From the IMG/VR virus record IMGVR_UViG_3300010430_000003, positions 124,001-188,000 of that record: 64,000 bases of DNA, one strand, 5' to 3'. The notes beneath the pieces are model-generated. The model saw nothing but the letters and a program-made list of their open reading frames with translations, did no database searches and was not told the origin of the DNA. The number at the start of each line of letters is the position of its first letter. The first letter of the stretch is position 1. A program made the translations under genes and the position numbers. Shown piece after piece: positions 44,177-54,752 of the stretch.

Positions 44177-45426
44177 AGTTATTTAAAATTAAAAATGAAA
44201 CAAGTCTTGACACTTCTGACTTTGAAGAGTTGGCAAATGTCTTTATTCCATACCATCAACAAGAGTTGCAGTGGAGAAAACCTGTTAATATTAATCTGAT
44301 TTCAGATGAGGAGAACAGTTCTAATCCTCTCGGTAAAACTGCTTATTATGATCCCAATGAACAACTAATTGTCTTATATCTTGATAATCGTCACGTAAAA
44401 GACATTCTTCGTTCGTTAAGCCATGAGCTTGTTCATCACTTTCAAAATGGCAAGGGGATGTTAACACCAATACAAGGTGAAGATCCTAAATACGCCCAGA
44501 ATGATGATAACCTTCGTAAATGTGAAGAAGAAGCTTATTTGGTTGGAAACATGCTTTTCCGTGATTGGGAAGATGATTATAAAAATTCAGAAAAGTTAAA
44601 TGAGGGATTTGATTCTCCACGAATTGATGATTATCGATTTCTTATAACATGGAATCATCCAAACGGAGATGAACTCATTGTTGTTGATTATCCCTCACAT
44701 GCAGAGATTCCAGATGAGAATAACTTTCGATCAGGTGCTAAAGTATATCTGCGAAAATGGCTCCGTCGATTTCCTCATCGGGGTTCTTTAACTTTCTGGG
44801 AACTTGACAAAAGTGTGGACGACATCACTGATATTTATCAACCTGGTGATGTTATTCCTGCTGCCGCGATTGATTTTTCTGTCGCTGGTGATTATAAGGT
44901 CCGTGCGACACAGGATACCATTTCCCAAAAAGATATGTTTAAAATTGTACAAGAAAGTGTAATGTCCTTTAAGGAAATGATGCCCGATAAATTAGAAACT
45001 GAAATAATTGGAAGTATTAATCTAAATAAAACAACAACAAACCGAAAATGGATCGGAACGGTTATATATGGCAAGAATGAAATTACTGTTTCGTATTTTT
45101 GGACAACTTTGGGAACTAAGTTCTTTGTTGTTTCGAATTCGTCCTTATATGGCCCAGAAGTAATTGATTCTACTTTTGAAAATAAAAAGCAAGCACGTTC
45201 TTTTGCTCTTTTGAATATGAAAGAAACTTCATATGAAACAGACGTTTTTCAAATGAGAACATATAAAGATTACAACAAAGAAAAACGAGATGACAAAGGA
45301 TATACTAAAAAGCTTAAAAGTTATCAATATGAATCAATTTCTACTCGGAAAGAAGAGCATAGAATTAAATTGGAAGAAAGGCTGTATAAACGATTCAATA
45401 TTCATCATAAAATTGGAGAAGAATAA
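44173..45426 (+). CDS. protein with N-terminal HExxH zinc-peptidase-like domain
   Basis: DILRSLSHELVHHFQ ... EEEAY..GN..FRDWED. Confidence 0.7.
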   Translation: MKLFKIKNETSLDTSDFEELANVFIPYHQQELQWRKPVNINLISDEENSSNPLGKTAYYDPNEQLIVLYLDNRHVKDILRSLSHELVHHFQNGKGMLTPIQGEDPKYAQNDDNLRKCEEEAYLVGNMLFRDWEDDYKNSEKLNEGFDSPRIDDYRFLITWNHPNGDELIVVDYPSHAEIPDENNFRSGAKVYLRKWLRRFPHRGSLTFWELDKSVDDITDIYQPGDVIPAAAIDFSVAGDYKVRATQDTISQKDMFKIVQESVMSFKEMMPDKLETEIIGSINLNKTTTNRKWIGTVIYGKNEITVSYFWTTLGTKFFVVSNSSLYGPEVIDSTFENKKQARSFALLNMKETSYETDVFQMRTYKDYNKEKRDDKGYTKKLKSYQYESISTRKEEHRIKLEERLYKRFNIHHKIGEE

Positions 45427-45606
45427 ATGTCACGATTAAGAGTTAAACGAAGAAATATGGCCATTGAAGAGGCCGCTAAAAGCCCTGTAGTTGAAGATGA
45501 GGTTGTTGATGACACTCCCACTGCAGAAACTGTTGAAGAGGTTGAGGAGGCTCCTGCGTCTGTTGAGGAAGCCCCTAAGAAGAAGACAATCAAAAATAAG
45601 AAGTAA
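45427..45606 (+). CDS. small acidic/basic protein (59 aa)
   Basis: MSRLRVKRR...VVEDEVV...APKKKTIKNKK fills the gap between two large genes. Confidence 0.6.
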   Translation: MSRLRVKRRNMAIEEAAKSPVVEDEVVDDTPTAETVEEVEEAPASVEEAPKKKTIKNKK

Positions 45607-45612
45607 TAAAAT

Positions 45613-48600
45613 ATGGGTGGTCTCGCTGGTCGTATCAAATATCTTTATGAAGGTGATTTAACCTTCAAAGAACTTAAAACTATTCTTGAAAATATTTCAT
45701 TAAGTCACCTTCCTCTTTATGAAAAAGTGGATGGATTTAATTGCTATTTTTCTTGCAGAAGAGGTATGCCTGTAATGGCTCGAAATCTGACCGAAGCACG
45801 GTCAGGTGGTTTATCCATCATTGAACTATCAAATCGAGAATTTAAAGGTGGCAAGAAAGTAAAGAAGGTTTTTATTGAAGCCCTCAAAAATTTCTCCAAA
45901 GATTTCAGACTCTTAGATAAGAAAATTTTTGAAAGCGATGGGAATCAAGTTTTTTATAATTTTGAAATCGTTGACAAAAATACGAATCGTTTGTTTGAAT
46001 ATGATAGTAACGGTCTTGTCTTGCACAACTCTGGTCATTTCTGCATTGTTGAAAATAATAAACATTTTGTCAATGGCGATGGTTTTAGAACAGGAACTAT
46101 CGGAACCAAATATATTAAGCATAATTTCAAAACCTCTCTTAGAGAAAATTCATATTTTGATGGAAGTTCATTCATACAAAGAATTGATGAAGTAATGCAA
46201 TCAGTTGGATTGTCTGAACTCAATTCAATTTCAGAATTGAAAGAGCAAGAGAGACTCAAAAAGATTCTTAATGAGTTTTCTAATAATTTAATAAACTCTC
46301 TTAAAAGTAATTTTGTTGACAGTCAAGAAGAAAAAGTAACTCAATTCAAAGATCGAGTCAAAGAAGCTGTTGATTGTCTCCTTGAATATTCAGGTCCAAA
46401 TCGAGCACAGGTCGTTGAAAAAACTATTCATTATTTAAATCAATTCCCTGCCATTGACTCAATCAACTCATGCATTGAAGGGGTTGTTTTTGAACATAAT
46501 GGCGAAATGTATAAAATGACTGGTTATTATAGACCAATAAATCAACTTTATGGCTTTTATCAAAAGACGCTAAAGGAATTCGATTCAGGTCGAATGTATC
46601 CCATTGAGCCAAGCTCTTATAATGTTGACGGTGTTTTGACACATCCTCAAGAAAAAACCATTGCAATCTTTCCTGGAAGTTTTAAACCGCCTCATGCGGG
46701 ACATTATCGAATCATTGAGGAATTGAAAAAACTCAAAACTCCTGATGGTTTTCATATTTGTAATAAGATAATCATTTTAATTTCTAATAAGGCTAGAATG
46801 GCTCAATCTGATTCGAAAACGACATATGTCACCGCTGAGATTGCTAAGGAGCTTTGGGATCTCTATGTGTCAAATGAAGATGCTCAAACTCGAATTGAAG
46901 TCCGAGTTGCAGATCACGACACTCCAATTAAGTGTGTTTATGATATCATGCTTAATGAAATGTCTCCCGGCGAAACTTTGATGTTGGTCAAATCAGATAA
47001 AGACGCAAATTCAGATCGATTTAATGCTTTTTCAGATTTCTCGGATGAATATGACCTCGGTGTTAAGGTTATTGCAAAAGAAATGAATATCTTCTCTGCG
47101 GGAATTTCAGCTTCAAATATGCGAAACTGGATTGCTGATGGAGATGAGGATAGGTTCAAGGGCTTCCTCCCAGATCACTTATCGTCAGAAGACCGCGCTC
47201 GTGGTTGGGAAATTGTTACCGGCGAACAAGACGTTTCGTTATCGGAAGACGACTCTTTTTTTTTAAGTGAAGGGTATGACGCTCTTCTTGAAGGAGAAGG
47301 TGATAAACGTCTAAAGAGTGCCCTCCGGAAGAACCCAGATTATAAAGAACAAATTGAAGCTCTTGCTGCAGCTGATCCTTCCGGCAAAGGAAGGAAGCTT
47401 TTGCCTTGGATGGTTCGTGAGCTTGTGAAGTTTGATGGCGGGCGAACAAATGATATTATTGCTGTGATATCATTGTTTTGGCAATATCGGCAACGCTTTA
47501 AAGCAGCTTCCTATTCAACCGATGTTTTTTCATATTCCTTTGAAGAAATGTTGACTCTCCTTAAGAAATTAAGACTCACTCCTCGTTTTGATAAAATTAA
47601 GTCTCCTCTTCGAACATCCAATTATCCCGGTTCTTCTGTTGTGTATGAGGAAGAAGACTTTGCTGTGATCCGACCATATACCTTTGAAGCTTCATGCTAT
47701 TTTGGAGAAGAGGGAAATTGGTGCATCTCCACTGATGAGGGTCATTGGAATGACTATGTCGGAAATGAATCTGTTCATTATATCTTAATTAATGATTCAA
47801 TTAAATTTGAAGAAGATGCTGATTCAAAAATTGATTTTGTTGTAAGACATGGTACAGTCATGGAGCTGTGGGATAAAGAAAATACTTCTCTTGATGAAGA
47901 TTATGTGGAAGAGCTTCTTGGAGAAGAACTCTATAACAAAATTGAACAAGCAATTTTAACAGATTATGAACGTGATCCTGATAATGAAGAAACAGGTAAT
48001 CGCAAAGAGTGGATTGAACTTCAATCTGAAATCGAAGCTGATTGGGATGATCGAAAATATATCACATGTGAGATATATGAATATGATTCGAATCAATTCC
48101 AGCTTCAAGCTTGGATTAATATTGACTTCGATGAAACGAATATAAAATTAAAACCGCAAGAACGCTCTTGGCAAGCGTCTCAAAAATTTTCTCATGCAAT
48201 TGAAGCAATTATTGATTATACAATCGAAGATGTTGAAGTTGATGGGAATACAATTCGTGGTAGAATATACCTTGATGATGTATTTACCCCTGATGACGCA
48301 CAATATAGTTGGGAGCAATTAACAGAAAAAGATGATTATCTTCAAGGTGATGATCCCGATGACAACATTCGAGCCGTTGTTTATTCACTGTGGGAATATG
48401 ATTTAATTGAAGGTGAAACAGAAAGTAAAATAGAAATCATCAAAAAGATTGATGAGCATGAGTTCAGATATCTTTTCGCCGATTTTGATGAAGATGAAGG
48501 GTTATCGGTTCAATTTACTCTCCACGATTTAATGCTTCCCATTTTTCCAGAACAATATGTTGTTTACGAAGATAAAGGGGTGGATTCAATGCGTCCAAAT

Positions 48601-51444
48601 CTTAGTACACAAAGTTTTCAAAATAGAGCAATTCGAAGGCAAACTTTCGAAGGTGCAGACATTAAAATGCACACTCAAGATTTCTTTAAAAAGTTTGGAA
48701 TTCCCACTTCTCTTGTAACAGCATCAGAACATGAAGTTATTCTTGGAGAAAAAGCTTATGGAATTGTTAATAAGAATTTAGAAATGGAAACGTTTGCTAT
48801 TAGAGATAATTCTGGTGTTGAAAACTATAGAGATGTCGATGAAAAAGTAAGTTCTGTTGTTAAACAGGCCGGGAAGGATCCTGATTTCTTAGATGGTGGA
48901 ATAATTGTTGAATATTTCTCGAAGGATGGGAAACTTGTAAATTCTGTTCATTGCTTGATTAAATTCTATCTTTGGATTGGAATAGCAGATCTTTTATATA
49001 TTGATGATGATGACATGGCTGGCTTATTGGAAAAGCTTATTGAATTAGATTCAAGCGGTAAAATTGAAGATTTCCGAAACCAAATTAAAGATCTCATGCT
49101 CGGTAAAAGAAAGTCAATTATGCAAAACGATCTCGGAAAGATTAAAGATAATATAGGCAGGAAGTTTATCAATAAATATTATCTATCTAACTTTTCCGTA
49201 ACAGAATCCTTTACTGATCAAATTCTCGAAAAATGTGGTCCTGATAAAACTGTGATTGTTTGGAATTCTCCTAGATCCCAAAACACAGATCGATATTTCC
49301 TTGAGGCAAAGCTTGAAGCTATGAATAGGGGGATTGATACGTCTGGACTATATTACGCTCCAGTTAATGAACTGTTCATGACCGAACATGGATTGATAGA
49401 AGAAGAGATTAACGGTGGCTCTTCTGATCAGTTTGCTGTTGTTCCAAAGATGAATACAAAGGCTCATTGGTATTTTAATAATTTAAAATCAGAAAATCAA
49501 TTGGCTTCTCATTCATTGGGACAGTTTCATCTGTTAATGGAAAATCGGGTTGATTTCTTGCAAAAGACATATCGTGAGAAAATCTTCAATAAACTGATCA
49601 ATAGTCTTTCAACACTCTATATGGCAGAAATAGACCACTTAAATTGGAAGTGGCTTGGACCTCACATTGTTGCCGCTTATAATAAGGTAATGGAAGACCC
49701 AGCCGTCGGGAAAGAATTCCTTTCAAGTATTGAAGAAGACGACATTGAAAGACTTAAAGACCAAGCATTTGAATTCTTTATTGAAACTGATCCTTCTAAA
49801 AAGAAAAAGTTTAGCCAATGGTTGATCTTTAAGTTCATTAAAGATGACGAACGCATTGAAGATATCTGGAGTTCGGCGGGTGATCTTGAGCTTTTCGAAC
49901 AGCTTGTTGAACGAAGAATTATTATAGGTGTTGATATCAACAAACTTTCATTAAAAGAACTTAAGGAAATTGTTGATGAACATGAAGGTCAGTTATCTGC
50001 TCGACAGAAGGCTGGTAAAGGAAATGAAAAAGAGCAAATCATCAAGAATGAAATGGACGTTCTCTTTCAAGAGGGTGAATATGTGATGGCTCTCCCAAAA
50101 ACACAAAGAGCTTCATGTCTTCTTGGTACAGAAACACATTGGTGCACCGCTTCTCGTGGTGATCGCAACATGTTCGACATGTATTACGAAGACGGCCCGT
50201 TGATTGTGTTTATTACTCCTGCCGGAAAGTGGCAGCTTCACATTGAATCAAAACAATTTATGGATAAGAATGATTCTCCTATTGATTTATTACCTTGGAT
50301 TGATTCCAATGAAATTTTCAAGGAACCATTTTTGAAATTCTTGCTCGATAATGAATGGGATAAAAAGCTCGATCAAACCGATATATATAGCCAATATTTT
50401 TCAAATTCGGGAATGTTGAGAGATCTCTCCATTTTTATATTCCAAGAAACATTAACAGAAGAAAAAGCATTGGATATCATTGAGAAAGGCTCCCGACCAA
50501 AGAATGCTACTCACGTTGATTTTGGAACCAAAAACTCATTTGGTGGGGAAATCAAGAATAAAATGTTATTCGATATCTTATGGAATTCAGAACATAAGAA
50601 GTGGTGGAAGCTTAAGAGACGTTGGGTTAGAAAACTTGTAGAAGCTTATGAAAATGGGGTCGTTCCCGTGGGTCAAATAAGAAAAGATATGGTGAATAAC
50701 TTTATCAATCTAATGCCTCCCAACGATTTCAAAGAAATCTTCATGCCAACTTTTATAAGTGAAAATTATCCAACATCCAGAGAGATGTTTTTGAAAACAA
50801 TTGCTATTGATGCGCTCGGTTTGAAAATTGGATTCAATACAGAGAAAGGAGCACAGAATTTTCTAACAATCCTCGAAAGAATAATTAAAAATGAGGGTGA
50901 GTCTAATCTTGCATGGAAATCATATCAAAATTCCATCGAACCAAAAGGTTGGGTGTTAGAGATGCTTAAAAGACCAAATCTTAAAGAATGGTATTCTCAA
51001 AAATTTGAAGAATTAGATTATGCTCAAAGAACCGCCGTAGCCTTCGATATGCTTAAAACAGGTAAGAAAAACAATGATCAAATGTCAGGCTCCTCAAATG
51101 TTGAATTCGTTGACGATAACTCCCCAATTACCAAGTTCTTCATTCCAAGACTCAAAAAAGGAATTTCGGGATCAAAAAAATATAATGACTTCCCAAAATT
51201 GGGAGGTTATTTATCGCAATGGGAAGAGATTAACAAACTTGATCCAGAGATTACCGATATTTGGGTTGATACATTCTTAAATGCAGTGGAAAATGGAAAG
51301 GATAGTGATTCAAAAGAAAGGCAAATGTCATGGATGTACGGTAACATTACTGATAAACATGGGAATCCTATTAGATATGGACCACCTCAATTCAAACAGT
51401 TGATTGAACCATTGAAAAAAGCACTTGGGCGAGATCATGATTGA
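45613..51444 (+). CDS. 1943-aa multidomain protein: ligase-like (EKxDG) domain, HIGH nucleotidyltransferase domain, two repeated DPS..W / ASC..G...WC modules
   Basis: EKVDG...EGVVF...YKMTG; FPGSFKPPHAGH...ISASNMR; ASCYFGEEGNWCIS and ASCLLGTETHWCTAS. Confidence 0.75.
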   Translation: MGGLAGRIKYLYEGDLTFKELKTILENISLSHLPLYEKVDGFNCYFSCRRGMPVMARNLTEARSGGLSIIELSNREFKGGKKVKKVFIEALKNFSKDFRLLDKKIFESDGNQVFYNFEIVDKNTNRLFEYDSNGLVLHNSGHFCIVENNKHFVNGDGFRTGTIGTKYIKHNFKTSLRENSYFDGSSFIQRIDEVMQSVGLSELNSISELKEQERLKKILNEFSNNLINSLKSNFVDSQEEKVTQFKDRVKEAVDCLLEYSGPNRAQVVEKTIHYLNQFPAIDSINSCIEGVVFEHNGEMYKMTGYYRPINQLYGFYQKTLKEFDSGRMYPIEPSSYNVDGVLTHPQEKTIAIFPGSFKPPHAGHYRIIEELKKLKTPDGFHICNKIIILISNKARMAQSDSKTTYVTAEIAKELWDLYVSNEDAQTRIEVRVADHDTPIKCVYDIMLNEMSPGETLMLVKSDKDANSDRFNAFSDFSDEYDLGVKVIAKEMNIFSAGISASNMRNWIADGDEDRFKGFLPDHLSSEDRARGWEIVTGEQDVSLSEDDSFFLSEGYDALLEGEGDKRLKSALRKNPDYKEQIEALAAADPSGKGRKLLPWMVRELVKFDGGRTNDIIAVISLFWQYRQRFKAASYSTDVFSYSFEEMLTLLKKLRLTPRFDKIKSPLRTSNYPGSSVVYEEEDFAVIRPYTFEASCYFGEEGNWCISTDEGHWNDYVGNESVHYILINDSIKFEEDADSKIDFVVRHGTVMELWDKENTSLDEDYVEELLGEELYNKIEQAILTDYERDPDNEETGNRKEWIELQSEIEADWDDRKYITCEIYEYDSNQFQLQAWINIDFDETNIKLKPQERSWQASQKFSHAIEAIIDYTIEDVEVDGNTIRGRIYLDDVFTPDDAQYSWEQLTEKDDYLQGDDPDDNIRAVVYSLWEYDLIEGETESKIEIIKKIDEHEFRYLFADFDEDEGLSVQFTLHDLMLPIFPEQYVVYEDKGVDSMRPNLSTQSFQNRAIRRQTFEGADIKMHTQDFFKKFGIPTSLVTASEHEVILGEKAYGIVNKNLEMETFAIRDNSGVENYRDVDEKVSSVVKQAGKDPDFLDGGIIVEYFSKDGKLVNSVHCLIKFYLWIGIADLLYIDDDDMAGLLEKLIELDSSGKIEDFRNQIKDLMLGKRKSIMQNDLGKIKDNIGRKFINKYYLSNFSVTESFTDQILEKCGPDKTVIVWNSPRSQNTDRYFLEAKLEAMNRGIDTSGLYYAPVNELFMTEHGLIEEEINGGSSDQFAVVPKMNTKAHWYFNNLKSENQLASHSLGQFHLLMENRVDFLQKTYREKIFNKLINSLSTLYMAEIDHLNWKWLGPHIVAAYNKVMEDPAVGKEFLSSIEEDDIERLKDQAFEFFIETDPSKKKKFSQWLIFKFIKDDERIEDIWSSAGDLELFEQLVERRIIIGVDINKLSLKELKEIVDEHEGQLSARQKAGKGNEKEQIIKNEMDVLFQEGEYVMALPKTQRASCLLGTETHWCTASRGDRNMFDMYYEDGPLIVFITPAGKWQLHIESKQFMDKNDSPIDLLPWIDSNEIFKEPFLKFLLDNEWDKKLDQTDIYSQYFSNSGMLRDLSIFIFQETLTEEKALDIIEKGSRPKNATHVDFGTKNSFGGEIKNKMLFDILWNSEHKKWWKLKRRWVRKLVEAYENGVVPVGQIRKDMVNNFINLMPPNDFKEIFMPTFISENYPTSREMFLKTIAIDALGLKIGFNTEKGAQNFLTILERIIKNEGESNLAWKSYQNSIEPKGWVLEMLKRPNLKEWYSQKFEELDYAQRTAVAFDMLKTGKKNNDQMSGSSNVEFVDDNSPITKFFIPRLKKGISGSKKYNDFPKLGGYLSQWEEINKLDPEITDIWVDTFLNAVENGKDSDSKERQMSWMYGNITDKHGNPIRYGPPQFKQLIEPLKKALGRDHD

Positions 51445-53902
51445 TTTAAAAGAAATAGAGCTAGCGCTCGAAAAGTATTATGATAAAGAAACAACTTTAG
51501 AGAACAATCTCTCTTCTTTTTATGAAAATTTGAGAGAAAATCCGAAGTTTTATTCTTATTCTGTCGCGAGAGAACAAAAAAGAGACCAATTATGCCCTGT
51601 GCGTGATCAAAATGACTGGCTTAGAGAGGAATTCACTCACAGTTCCCCCAATAGCTATTCAGAAGCCATAGAAACCACTGTAAGGTCATTAAAAGAGATT
51701 TTGGAGGCACTCTTCCTTGCCTCGCAAGAAGACTTTAGAGTGGATTCTGTTCGGTCTGACATAATGCGTAATCTTTCGATAATTTTAAAGACAGTTTTGC
51801 GGTCAGCGAAGCTCCAAAATACTGCAAATGACCCTGATATCGTAAATATTGCGAAAAAGCTGCTCAAAATGTCTGATGAACGTATCGGCACCCTTGAGTC
51901 TTATGAGCCAGAGATGCCAGAACTTTTTTATGACACCGCAAAACTCGTATATCAAACAATATATGTGTTAACTGCAGAGATAATCAATAACCCAACTGAT
52001 TCTAATGTTTTTGATTCTCGAAACTTATCAAAGATGCTTGATAAACTTGCAACGGCTGTTCGCCATGGATTTTATGAAGAGGCCTTCAGTGAATTCAGTG
52101 AAGGAAGGAATATTCTTAATCCCCAACCAGAAATCTCTCCAACTTTGATTGACAAAGCAATTAAATACGAGAAAGACCGTTCGCGAACCACAGATATGGA
52201 AGGTCTTTATAATATTGTGCTTGCAAACCTTGAAGAAGACCCCGATCATTATAATTTTCTTTTGAAGGGCAATCTTGATGAAATGTCTTCAATGGGAGGT
52301 GGTGCAGTTGCCGGCGCCATGGGTGTGGGTTTCGATCCCGATCCAAAAAAAAAGAAAAGATATGAAAAGTCTTTAATTGGTGAAAATAAAAAGAAGCTTG
52401 GGCAATTTTCTGATTGGTTGAAGACTCCTTTTTTTGGGGGCACTATTTTTTCTGATAATCTCCTTCGACGGCCCGAGGAGTGGGTTGCTGTTCATCCTGA
52501 TGGGGATCATTTTGTTGATTATCAAGATAACGAAGTTAAAATAACAGATGAAAAGTTAAGCATAGTTAGACCTTGGATGTTAGATCCTTCAAAATCCCGA
52601 GAAAATTGGGATCCTCATGGTGTTTGGTCAGAATGGCTATCTGATTATGAAATTATTTATAATGATAAAATTAATAAATTTGAGATTATTGAAAATCTTA
52701 AAAATATAAAAGCAAATATTGAAAACTTAAGAGCAATTTTTTTCATTAATGAGGAAGACTACAATTTATATTCTAATATACTCAAACCGAATGAATCTCT
52801 TCCAAAAGAAGTTTGGGACTCATGTTTGATTGAACCATACGCTATGAATTATTCAGGTTATCTTGAACGAGATTTTATGCTTGATGGGATTGGGAAAGAA
52901 AGTAATGATATCTATTCTTCAAAAAAGTATTCGGTGGAGCCATGGGCAGAAAAGCATGGTTTGGGCTCTGTTGCTCAATCACATATGTTAACACAAGTTT
53001 ATTGTAAAGGAGAAATGACAGACTTAAAAAGAGAGTTATGTAAAAAACTTATTAATTTAAAACAAACTCTAAATAAAAATTTATCAGAACAACAAGAACA
53101 TGATTTGAAAATCTTTGAAGATTATGAAGACTATTTTCGAAATATCCATAAAGAGATTTCAGGAGAAGGAAAGGCTCCCGCAAAATTCTGGAAAGACCCG
53201 TTTTGGGTGGGGGCGGTGTTCAGCAATTCAAATGGCGATGAATTTATGCTCGAACCAGAATTTGATTTCATCAACATAAATTATGACACCATTGAAGTGC
53301 CTGATGATGAGATTTTGGAAATCAATCCATATCTTAACATCGATAATAAATATAGCGAAATTCGGTCAGATTATGAAATCACAATGGTCAACACTTTTGT
53401 TCACTATGGAGGTTCAGGATATTCCATCTTTCATAATGGTCAGGAAAGATACTTAAAAAGCTGGCATGGGGCATATGAGTATTTCATGAATGACAACGAA
53501 GAATATCATCATGATACCCACCCAGCCAAAATGTATTATATGACCCCCTCTTTTGATTTGAGCGAGCTTCAAGATCATGAATGGTTCAATCATGGAAAGA
53601 GTGTTTGTTTGGTTGATTTTCATCATGAAACTGAAATTTGGTTTTATTTAACAAAAGACAAGTTCATTGATTATCTAATAGATTATAATTCAACTAATAA
53701 AAGAATCTCTTATTATGTCCCGAATGGCACAATAGTAGGTGGGTTGAGAGTGAGATATGATAAATCAGGAATTCCTGATGGAATCTTCAAAGGAAACAAA
53801 AAACATAAAGTTCCATTAAATGTCTATGTTGAAAAACATGGACCCGTTCCGCAATATAGTGATCTCAAACAAATCGTGAACAAATACTTTTATAGAAAGT
53901 AA
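51437..53902 (+). CDS. large acidic hypothetical protein, putative virion component
   Basis: ~820 aa; contains LDEMSSMGGGAVAG linker typical of jumbo-phage head proteins. Confidence 0.7.
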   Translation: MIDLKEIELALEKYYDKETTLENNLSSFYENLRENPKFYSYSVAREQKRDQLCPVRDQNDWLREEFTHSSPNSYSEAIETTVRSLKEILEALFLASQEDFRVDSVRSDIMRNLSIILKTVLRSAKLQNTANDPDIVNIAKKLLKMSDERIGTLESYEPEMPELFYDTAKLVYQTIYVLTAEIINNPTDSNVFDSRNLSKMLDKLATAVRHGFYEEAFSEFSEGRNILNPQPEISPTLIDKAIKYEKDRSRTTDMEGLYNIVLANLEEDPDHYNFLLKGNLDEMSSMGGGAVAGAMGVGFDPDPKKKKRYEKSLIGENKKKLGQFSDWLKTPFFGGTIFSDNLLRRPEEWVAVHPDGDHFVDYQDNEVKITDEKLSIVRPWMLDPSKSRENWDPHGVWSEWLSDYEIIYNDKINKFEIIENLKNIKANIENLRAIFFINEEDYNLYSNILKPNESLPKEVWDSCLIEPYAMNYSGYLERDFMLDGIGKESNDIYSSKKYSVEPWAEKHGLGSVAQSHMLTQVYCKGEMTDLKRELCKKLINLKQTLNKNLSEQQEHDLKIFEDYEDYFRNIHKEISGEGKAPAKFWKDPFWVGAVFSNSNGDEFMLEPEFDFININYDTIEVPDDEILEINPYLNIDNKYSEIRSDYEITMVNTFVHYGGSGYSIFHNGQERYLKSWHGAYEYFMNDNEEYHHDTHPAKMYYMTPSFDLSELQDHEWFNHGKSVCLVDFHHETEIWFYLTKDKFIDYLIDYNSTNKRISYYVPNGTIVGGLRVRYDKSGIPDGIFKGNKKHKVPLNVYVEKHGPVPQYSDLKQIVNKYFYRK

Positions 53903-53930
53903 TTATAGCATAACAACTGGGTTAAAACAA

Positions 53931-54752
53931 ATGATCGATAGAGAAAAACTTTTAACAGAAATCAAATTCAGAAAATTCGTTCGAGATCTTCTTGAAGAAA
54001 AAGATAAGAAGGAATCTTTCAAAGAAAAAATGCAAGAAGAGGTGAGGTTTCGAAACTTTGTTCGGCAAGTTTTAACAAAAGAACGAGACACCCAAAAACT
54101 CACTGAAGCGAAGACCAAAATCATTCCTTATGATTCCACTGGCATTGCCATTCTTGCAGATGTGATCAAAAAAGTTATCCCAATTATTAAAGATGATTAT
54201 TTCTCTCTGACCACAGATATCAAACAAAGAAAATCATTTCGTGCACACATTGTGAATGCTGTTCGAAATTCCCTCGCTCCAATTAGGAACATCCAAGGGT
54301 ATCCAGTTGATAACAGTGGTGGAGATGGACAATTGCTATCAGCACCAGATATGGTTTCTTCGCCGCATCATCATTATGCTCAATCCGGAAATGGTGCAAA
54401 TGGACCACATGATACTGGATCAGTCAATGAACAGACCGATCTTGAAGACGTTGATCAAGATGGAATCGCTGATAAGGATGATCGGTATATCGATACCGAT
54501 GATAAGCCGGCAAAAAAAGTTAAATCCTCTGATGAGGAGGATACTTTCTCTCTTCCGGGTGAAGATGGAACAGGCAGAAACCTTGCCCTCTTAACTTATC
54601 GACGAATTGAAAAGGTTATTATTGACGGATATCAAACTCTTGATCGCAGAGAAGATCAAGAGGATTTCTACGACTATATTGTGGCAAACTTAAAGATCTA
54701 TTTTGATCGGTGGGAAGAGGAACTTCAAAAGGAATTATCAGAACGGTATTAA
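53931..54752 (+). CDS. hypothetical late protein
   Basis: 273 aa; duplicated E..FR.FVR..L motif; TGRN.A...Y; FYDY.V.NLK.YFDRWE. Confidence 0.7.
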   Translation: MIDREKLLTEIKFRKFVRDLLEEKDKKESFKEKMQEEVRFRNFVRQVLTKERDTQKLTEAKTKIIPYDSTGIAILADVIKKVIPIIKDDYFSLTTDIKQRKSFRAHIVNAVRNSLAPIRNIQGYPVDNSGGDGQLLSAPDMVSSPHHHYAQSGNGANGPHDTGSVNEQTDLEDVDQDGIADKDDRYIDTDDKPAKKVKSSDEEDTFSLPGEDGTGRNLALLTYRRIEKVIIDGYQTLDRREDQEDFYDYIVANLKIYFDRWEEELQKELSERY

